In this document: in pieces, positions 59,127 to 64,000 of the stretch
How the letters are laid out: the number at the start of each line of letters is the position of its first letter
Numbering within the stretch: the first letter of the stretch is position 1
DNA from: an uncultured bacterium
Lineage (GTDB): Bacteria > Bacteroidota > Ignavibacteria > Kapaibacteriales > UBA2268
Assembly: GCA_942493235.1 (NCBI GenBank)
Contig: OW818676.1
Location: 345,584-409,583, forward strand
Length of the DNA: 64,000 nt
Direction: 5' to 3'
Program-made: the position numbers and the translations under genes
Notes under the pieces: model-generated
Database searches by the model: none
The model's input: the letters and a program-made list of their open reading frames with translations, nothing else
Told to the model about the DNA's origin: nothing

Positions 59127-61790
59127 ATGAAATATTTTATCATTTGTTTATTAATAATTACCTTTGGGTTTAGCCAAGTAAGTGCTAATGAAATTATTAA
59201 AGATTCGAATTCGGTAATTTTTAAAAACAGTGAGATTAGCCTTAGGGTTCAGGTATTTACTTCAAATATAGTCAAGTTTTCTTTCCGCTCAAAAGATGAC
59301 ACCTCTCAAATAAATTCGTATGTTACTGTGCTAAGTCCTGAAAATAATATATATAGTTTTGGTGAAGACACCGATAATTACTATATTTATACGGATTCAT
59401 TGGTAGTATCTGTATTGAAAGCAGGTCTATATCCAAAAGTCAGATATAAAGATGAAGTATTATGTGAATACATCAAATATGTAAATCGCGAATCTCATCA
59501 AGCAATTACTTATACAATTGACACAAACGAATTATTTTATGGCTTTGGTTCACACGCAATTCCAATTGAAAGAAGTAAAGTAGAATTTACACTCTATAAT
59601 ACATCTAAATTCGGATACCAAAACAATGTAATGAATTTAAGTGCAGGAGTACCTTTATTCATTTCTTCTAAAATGTATGCCGTCTATGGTGATAATTACG
59701 GGCAGAATATAGTGGGCATGAATACATTAGATACGAATCTATTCAAATATGTGATTTTTACCGGCAAAATGGATTTCTTTGTTATTAAAGGACATTCGTA
59801 TTCCGATATTCTAACAAACTATTGCAAATTAACCGGATTTCAGGATTTGCCTCCATTATGGGCTTTTGGCTTTTTACAATCAAAAAGTACATTTCATTCA
59901 AAGGAAGAAGTCTTCTCATTAGTTAAAAAATTCAAAGAAAACAAGTTTCCATTAGATGCTATTATTTTGGATTTAGCTTGGTTCTATAAGGAGAAAAAAA
60001 TCGGAGATTATTTCTGGCAAACAGAAAGCTGGGGCAATCCAGAAGAGTATGTTAAGGAATTAAATATTCAAGGTATAAAAACAGTTCTTATTACAGAACC
60101 TTATATCGCAAAAACTGCTGATAATCACAAGGTAGCCTCCGATTCCGGATTTTTAGTAAAAGACAAAGATGGGAATCTCCCTTCAATGACTGTACTTCAT
60201 GCCGAAACATCACTTTTAGATTTAACCGACGAAAAAGCTCAAAATTGGTTTTGGAATAATTTGAAATCACTTTCTATAGATGCTAAAATTGATGGCTGGT
60301 GGTGCGATTTAGGTGAACCCGAAATCCACCCCGCCCAATGTTTGCATAAAATTGGGACTGCTCAGGAAGTCCATAATATTTATTCTAATCTATGGGGGAA
60401 ATCTATATATAATAATTGGAAGAATGACTTACCCGATAAACGGCTGTTTCTACTATTTCGTTCAGGATGGGCTGGAATGCAGGGATTCTCTATGATACCA
60501 TGGTCTGGTGATATTACTCGCTCCTATTCTTCATTGAAATCTCAGATACAGATAAATCTTGGTATGGGAATGAGCGGTGTAGGATATATGCACTCAGACT
60601 GCGGAGGATTCTACGGTCCAAATACTGATGAACAGTTATATACTCGCTGGGTGGAATACTCTTCTTTTACACCAATTCTTAGAGTTCATTTTGTAGGCAA
60701 TGTAAGTAACGAACCGGTAAATTATCCAGATTATATTCAAACAATTTGTAAAAAATATGTCAATTTACGTTATTCACTGCTTCCATATATTTATACATTA
60801 GCTTATGAAAATTCTACTTTGGGAATCCCACTTTGCCGACAAATGAATTTTTACAATAATGATAGAAGACTATCTAATGAAAACGAACAGTATTTCTTTG
60901 GTAAAGATATAATAGTTGCCCCGGTACTTGATTCTGTTTTCACAAAAACAGTTAAGTTCCCCGATGGTAATTGGATAGATTATCATACACTTAATCAATA
61001 TAATGGCTATAGTGAGCATGAATTTGACGCTCCATTAGAAATATTGCCATTATTTATTAGAGCCGGTGCAATTATACCAAGTGTCGAGCCGATAATGAGC
61101 ACAAGTGAATATAAAACAGATACTTTGACATTGAACTATTATTTTCATTTCGATGTTGCTAATTCCACAGCTAAAATATTTATTGATGATGCCGTAAGTC
61201 TGAACACTATAAAGAATGGCGAATTCGAGATATTAAGTGTAAAAGCTGACTATAAAGACAGTCTCATTACTTTGGATATTAACCGTGAGCTCAACAATTG
61301 GACAAAATACGACACTAATAGAGTTTATAAAATCAATATTATAAATAAAGATTTAAGTAAAGCGATTGTTTACCAAAATACTAATACTACAGTTAATAAA
61401 TTGCTTTATACCTCTGAAAATCCCGAAAGAGGATTCTCTTTTATTTCCGAAAAGATTAGCGGTTCAGTAAAATTTGATATTAAATTGAACTATTTTGATA
61501 GTTCTGTTATAGACTACGATAATAATATATTTACATTTTACCCGAATCCTGTCGATAATATACTTAATATTCAACTATTTACTAAAGAATATTTCCGGTA
61601 TATTATTGAAATATATAACTTAGAAGCAAGGCAAATCTTTAATACTCAAAATATTATCTTAGATGTCGGAAATGTTACTATACAGTTGAATATCGATAAA
61701 TTACACGGTAAATCTTTAAATAAAGGTATGTATATCTTAAAGTTCAAATCAAAAAATATAAATAAAAATTTCAATTTTATAGTAAATTGA
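59127..61790 (+). CDS. Glycoside hydrolase family 31 (alpha-glucosidase/xylosidase-like) with T9SS C-terminal sorting domain
   Basis: Signal peptide. 'KIDGWWCDLGEPE' nucleophile region and 'RSGWAGMQGFSMIPWSGDI' GH31 signature. C-terminal 'FYPNPVDNILNIQ...GMYILKFKS' CTD. Confidence 0.8.
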   Translation: MKYFIICLLIITFGFSQVSANEIIKDSNSVIFKNSEISLRVQVFTSNIVKFSFRSKDDTSQINSYVTVLSPENNIYSFGEDTDNYYIYTDSLVVSVLKAGLYPKVRYKDEVLCEYIKYVNRESHQAITYTIDTNELFYGFGSHAIPIERSKVEFTLYNTSKFGYQNNVMNLSAGVPLFISSKMYAVYGDNYGQNIVGMNTLDTNLFKYVIFTGKMDFFVIKGHSYSDILTNYCKLTGFQDLPPLWAFGFLQSKSTFHSKEEVFSLVKKFKENKFPLDAIILDLAWFYKEKKIGDYFWQTESWGNPEEYVKELNIQGIKTVLITEPYIAKTADNHKVASDSGFLVKDKDGNLPSMTVLHAETSLLDLTDEKAQNWFWNNLKSLSIDAKIDGWWCDLGEPEIHPAQCLHKIGTAQEVHNIYSNLWGKSIYNNWKNDLPDKRLFLLFRSGWAGMQGFSMIPWSGDITRSYSSLKSQIQINLGMGMSGVGYMHSDCGGFYGPNTDEQLYTRWVEYSSFTPILRVHFVGNVSNEPVNYPDYIQTICKKYVNLRYSLLPYIYTLAYENSTLGIPLCRQMNFYNNDRRLSNENEQYFFGKDIIVAPVLDSVFTKTVKFPDGNWIDYHTLNQYNGYSEHEFDAPLEILPLFIRAGAIIPSVEPIMSTSEYKTDTLTLNYYFHFDVANSTAKIFIDDAVSLNTIKNGEFEILSVKADYKDSLITLDINRELNNWTKYDTNRVYKINIINKDLSKAIVYQNTNTTVNKLLYTSENPERGFSFISEKISGSVKFDIKLNYFDSSVIDYDNNIFTFYPNPVDNILNIQLFTKEYFRYIIEIYNLEARQIFNTQNIILDVGNVTIQLNIDKLHGKSLNKGMYILKFKSKNINKNFNFIVN

Positions 61791-61994
61791 AATCTAAATA
61801 CACATTCATATTACTAAAATCCAATTATGAAGGTAAATTTACTGAATACTGAAAATACTTTAAAATAAACATCAATATTAGCGTAAATTAATTGGTATCA
61901 GACATATAATTATCTTTATTTGCATTTGTAAATTGACATGATAAAAAACTGCACCGCTACTGCAGCCTGTAAAAAAGCTAACCTAAGAAGTAAT

Positions 61995-62030
61995 GCCGAT
62001 CCCTTCCCCAAGGATCGGCTTGTTTCGTTT
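61995..62030 (+). terminator. Rho-independent terminator (gccgatcc-N9-ggatcggc plus TTGTTTCGTTTT) ~200 nt downstream of GH31 stop
   Basis: Seen in sequence. A GC-richer segment (ctgcaccgctactgcagcc) lies just upstream. Confidence 0.5.
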
Positions 62031-62145
62031 TATATGGGAATAAAGTTATTGCATAAGTGCAATACTTATCAGCTCAATAATTCACTGACATAAGGATACA
62101 TGCTATTGGACAAGTATATGATATATCTACAATTATATACTTAAC

Positions 62146-63606
62146 TTATTTTCTAAATATCCTTTTAAATTGATTCATTTCTGATTCTGTGAAAAAACCA
62201 ATTAATTTCAATACTATAGCAAATATTAAGATTGCACTGATTTTTAATATCACCGAAAATAGAAGAGATAATTCCGGAGCAATGTAATAAGCAGGGAAAA
62301 ATATTACAACTGTTATCATTACTATCTGTAGCAGTCTTTTCCATTCGTAATTAATAGGATAGACCTTATGCGATATTTTATATAACACCAATGCACTGAT
62401 AAAATAAGCTATTAATGTAGCCCATGCAGCAGCTTGGTATCCATAGTGCGGGATTAGTGTAAAATTTAGGACTATATTAACAAGTGCTGCAATAGTTACC
62501 GCAATTGGGAAATATTTTGTATTCTTAGTTATTTGCAATCCGGCGGCAAAATTATTAAATGCCCCGTTAAAGTAGTAAGCTAATAAAACAATAGGAATAA
62601 TAAACATACCACTCCAATAGTCCGGCTTGATAAATCTACCGCCTACAAACGGTAATTTAACTATATCTGAAATAAACAGAGATGTAATCAGAAAGACGAA
62701 TGCACAAATCAAAGTGAAATATGTAAATACTCTTGCAAATAAAGGCTTGGCATCTTCATCTTCATAATGATTTAGATAGAATGGCTTCCAAGCATATTCA
62801 AATACTGACACAAACATCATCATCGGTATCCCAAGTCGATAATTTATGCCGTACATACCGGCTTCTGCAGACCCTTTAAGATATTTTAAAATCGGTCTGT
62901 CGGCAAGCTGAAGTATTATCTGAGAGAATGACGCAGGGACTGTCGGAAGCCCGAAGTAAAACATATCTTTAAATAATTGTTTGTCGAAGCTGAATTTTAG
63001 GTTTTTAAATACATTGGGAATAAACATAATTACCCCGATTATATTTGCAATTACTTGTGCTAAGAGCGAGCCCATAGCCCCCATAGAATAATTTACTAAA
63101 AATATATAATTAAGTACAACTGCAATTAATATCAAAATAAATTTTAAAGTAGCAAACTGCCTTGCTTTACGAGCCATACGGAGGTAGCAGTACGGCACAA
63201 ACATCACAATATCTGTAAGTGGAATAAGTATAGATACATTAAATAATTGCTTTGCATTAGCTAATGTGAAAAAAGAAGGTGCTAAGTAATCCGATAGTGA
63301 GAAAAATATTGCTGATAAAATCAAGCTACCAATTAACATAAATATAAAAGAGTGAGAGTAAACTTTTTCACTTTTCTGCAAATCATTTTTATCGTAAAAC
63401 CTGAAATATGCACTCTCCATACCAAAGGAATATATAATTAGAAGAAAAGCAAATACTGCATTTATATTTTGAATATCGCCTACTTCTGATGCTGTCATAT
63501 AATTAGAATACAATGGAGTGAGCAGGAAAGTTAAAAATCTGCCGATTATAGTAAACACACCATAGATTAAAGTATCTGAAGCTAATGATTTCATCCTGCC
63601 GGACAT
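62146..63606 (-). CDS. Polysaccharide biosynthesis/oligosaccharide flippase (Wzx-like, MOP superfamily)
   Basis: 486 aa with ~12-14 predicted TM helices. 'PLYSNYMTASEVGD' N-terminal motif typical of the PST family. Confidence 0.7.
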   Translation of the reverse strand: MSGRMKSLASDTLIYGVFTIIGRFLTFLLTPLYSNYMTASEVGDIQNINAVFAFLLIIYSFGMESAYFRFYDKNDLQKSEKVYSHSFIFMLIGSLILSAIFFSLSDYLAPSFFTLANAKQLFNVSILIPLTDIVMFVPYCYLRMARKARQFATLKFILILIAVVLNYIFLVNYSMGAMGSLLAQVIANIIGVIMFIPNVFKNLKFSFDKQLFKDMFYFGLPTVPASFSQIILQLADRPILKYLKGSAEAGMYGINYRLGIPMMMFVSVFEYAWKPFYLNHYEDEDAKPLFARVFTYFTLICAFVFLITSLFISDIVKLPFVGGRFIKPDYWSGMFIIPIVLLAYYFNGAFNNFAAGLQITKNTKYFPIAVTIAALVNIVLNFTLIPHYGYQAAAWATLIAYFISALVLYKISHKVYPINYEWKRLLQIVMITVVIFFPAYYIAPELSLLFSVILKISAILIFAIVLKLIGFFTESEMNQFKRIFRK

Positions 63607-63804
63607 ATATGTTTCCTATTAAAAGAAACAAAATTAAGCAATAACAGTGAAAAATAAAATTGGTGATTAAAAATAATTCTGCAGATGAATTATGCTTGCT
63701 TTCGCAAGCAGAGATGGGGTTGAAATAATATTATTACATATATGAAATAGCTAATATAAATTAAATCTGTTGCAAAATTTTATAATTTTCAATTTCCATT
63801 TGTT

Positions 63805-63939
63805 CAAGAGGCGACTAAAATTTGTCATTCTGAACGAAGTGAAGAATCCAGATAAAGCTAACTTGTTGATAAATCAGGATTCTTCGTTACACTCTGAATG
63901 ACGATTTAGAAACATTATTACTTTTTTGACAACCTCTTG
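63805..63939. repeat. Family 1 H hairpin element with outer inverted arms (caagaggcgactaaaa ... ttttttgacaacctcttg)
   Basis: H core 63824-63902 in the same orientation as the 26.8-kb copy. Outer arms form a ~130-nt long palindrome. Confidence 0.75.
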
Positions 63940-64000
63940 ATAAGCATTTAGAAGTTTGAAAGCTTTGAAAAATTAACAGTAAATAAATATTTAGACTTTT

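Overview
AT-rich (~30% GC) chromosomal window, most likely from a Bacteroidota-like (FCB group) bacterium. The evidence for that placement is many C-terminal T9SS sorting domains, TTTG-N19-20-TAnnTTTG promoter motifs upstream of tRNA-Arg and atpD, and an atpD-atpC pair split from the other atp genes. GGAGG Shine-Dalgarno sites are also present. Layout: (1) 0.7-23.1 kb is a minus-strand cluster of T9SS cargo genes. It holds an RCC1 beta-propeller, several 250-1000 aa secreted proteins and a 3023-aa giant with Pmp-like GGAI beta-helix repeats plus two Ycf48/BNR propellers. A GT2 / OM beta-barrel / GT9 glycosylation operon is embedded in it. (2) 23.3-29.7 kb is housekeeping: a TPR membrane protein, tRNA-Arg(CCG), a fused E1 alpha/beta 2-oxoacid dehydrogenase, an asparaginase-N-domain protein and glutamine-dependent NadE. 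(3) 29.7-34.2 kb is a small accessory island: a PIN-domain toxin with an overlapping small ORF, two SD-coupled 55-aa ORFs, a secreted ankyrin-repeat gene broken by an in-frame TAA, and an IS630 family transposase with an A7 frameshift site. (4) 34-48 kb holds a T9SS Reg_prop propeller, ribH, a lipoprotein and a YbaK-like deacylase flanked by inverted repeat elements, PAS and AraC-GyrI regulators, and a TonB-dependent receptor / DUF4154-histidine kinase / response regulator / hybrid HK operon. (5) 48-64 kb holds relA/spoT, an HMA metallochaperone-like protein, a YfcH-like epimerase, a TraB/GumN protein, atpD, atpC, guaB, an M24 aminopeptidase, a T9SS-sorted GH31 enzyme and a Wzx-like flippase. 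The most unusual signal is non-coding. Two families of mosaic, hairpin-rich intergenic repeats (BIME/MITE-like) recur in at least eight intergenic regions. They show modular shuffling, copies in both orientations, terminal inverted repeats and compensatory base changes in palindromes. No CRISPR array or rRNA was found, and tRNA-Arg is the only tRNA identified.
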